47,604 bases of DNA from Nemertoderma westbladi (taxonomy: Eukaryota; Animalia; Xenacoelomorpha): the NCBI GenBank assembly GCA_032718475.1, contig JAUCBJ010003139.1, positions 1-47,604 of the forward strand, read 5' to 3'. Shown piece after piece: positions 47,028-47,604 of the stretch. Under the pieces are notes generated by a model. That model searched no databases, was not told the DNA's origin, and was given only the letters and a program-made list of their open reading frames with translations. The translations under genes and the position numbers were made by a program. Position 1 is the first letter of the stretch. Each line of letters starts with the position of its first letter.

Positions 47028-47604
47028 GTCCTTAATCCAGGACCAAGGGCGTCCTTATCCCAGAACGAAGGGGGTCCTAGTTACAGGACCAGATTTGCCC
47101 TAGTAAGAGGGTCTATGCAGCTACAGGTGGCACCTCCTTTATGCTGCATGGAGGTGGCAAGTTTTCTTGATCAATCAGTCAATGACCTAGAATACCTGAC
47201 CTGACCTAATTACATTACAGTATTATATTATATTATAATTATAATATAATTATATTACAGTATTAGCTCAACCTAACTGCCTAAGACTCTAACATAAATT
47301 CTGAAATTGCTATGACCAGCTGAGTGCTGCCTACCACTTTGTGGAAGCCGCCAACCACTTTAGTTATGTTGTATGTAGTTCATGTATAGTTTATGTATAG
47401 TTTATGCACTGTAGTTCTGTAGTTTGGAATGCGAATGGTAGATGTGTTAAGTACCGGTATTTTCATTAGATTCTTCAAGATTGTAACAGTGCTTAGATCC
47501 ATTCGTCATAAGCCACCGCTACTGAAACCTCCAGGGCCAAGACTCAATTTCAGACTGCAATTTATATGCCCAATCGGTCAGTTCCAGTTGTTAGCAGTTC
47601 CTGC

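Larger units (their letters stand above)
44993..47165 (-). mobile_element. 5' half of an RTE-like LINE (structured 5' UTR, APE endonuclease, tether), RT core missing
   Basis: APE motifs ASVNTLTL, VGVQEHR, CYSPT, LGDFNA, QIDHIL and SDHRLI. After a frameshift it continues DISFAEVKAAAKSIKT, the region just before RT, to about 44993. Both boundaries are approximate. Confidence 0.85.

Overview
AT-rich animal (probably invertebrate) genomic DNA made up mostly of transposable elements. Positions 1-16.6 kb are intron-like/intergenic. They hold several MITEs (some nested), two Helentron-associated-like repeats, a tRNA-like sequence, one candidate host exon and a MITE-interrupted ORF with SAP, 27-bp repeat and Ulp1-like segments. 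Positions 16.6-47.2 kb are a nest of insertions. An RTE-like LINE (minus strand, 3' end at ~16.6-17.1 kb, 5' half at ~45.0-47.2 kb) appears to have received BEL/Pao LTR retrotransposon A (plus strand, 5' LTR 17146-17603, 3' end deleted). A in turn received a Ginger1-type non-autonomous transposon (CCGG TSD) in its leader and a sister BEL element B in its pol (minus strand, 24947-37846, 1223-bp LTRs, GGCCC TSD). Main discovery candidate: neither BEL has a tRNA primer-binding site. In each, the 11-12 nt right after the 5' LTR are perfectly complementary to a homologous site inside its own LTR, with four compensatory changes between A and B, which suggests Tf1-like self-priming in BEL/Pao. Both BELs also carry non-env accessory ORFs after pol (zinc-knuckle rich, with a conserved RFX X-box upstream), and the LINE 5' UTR has a duplicated, covarying structured RNA module. 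All calls were made by eye, without database searches.
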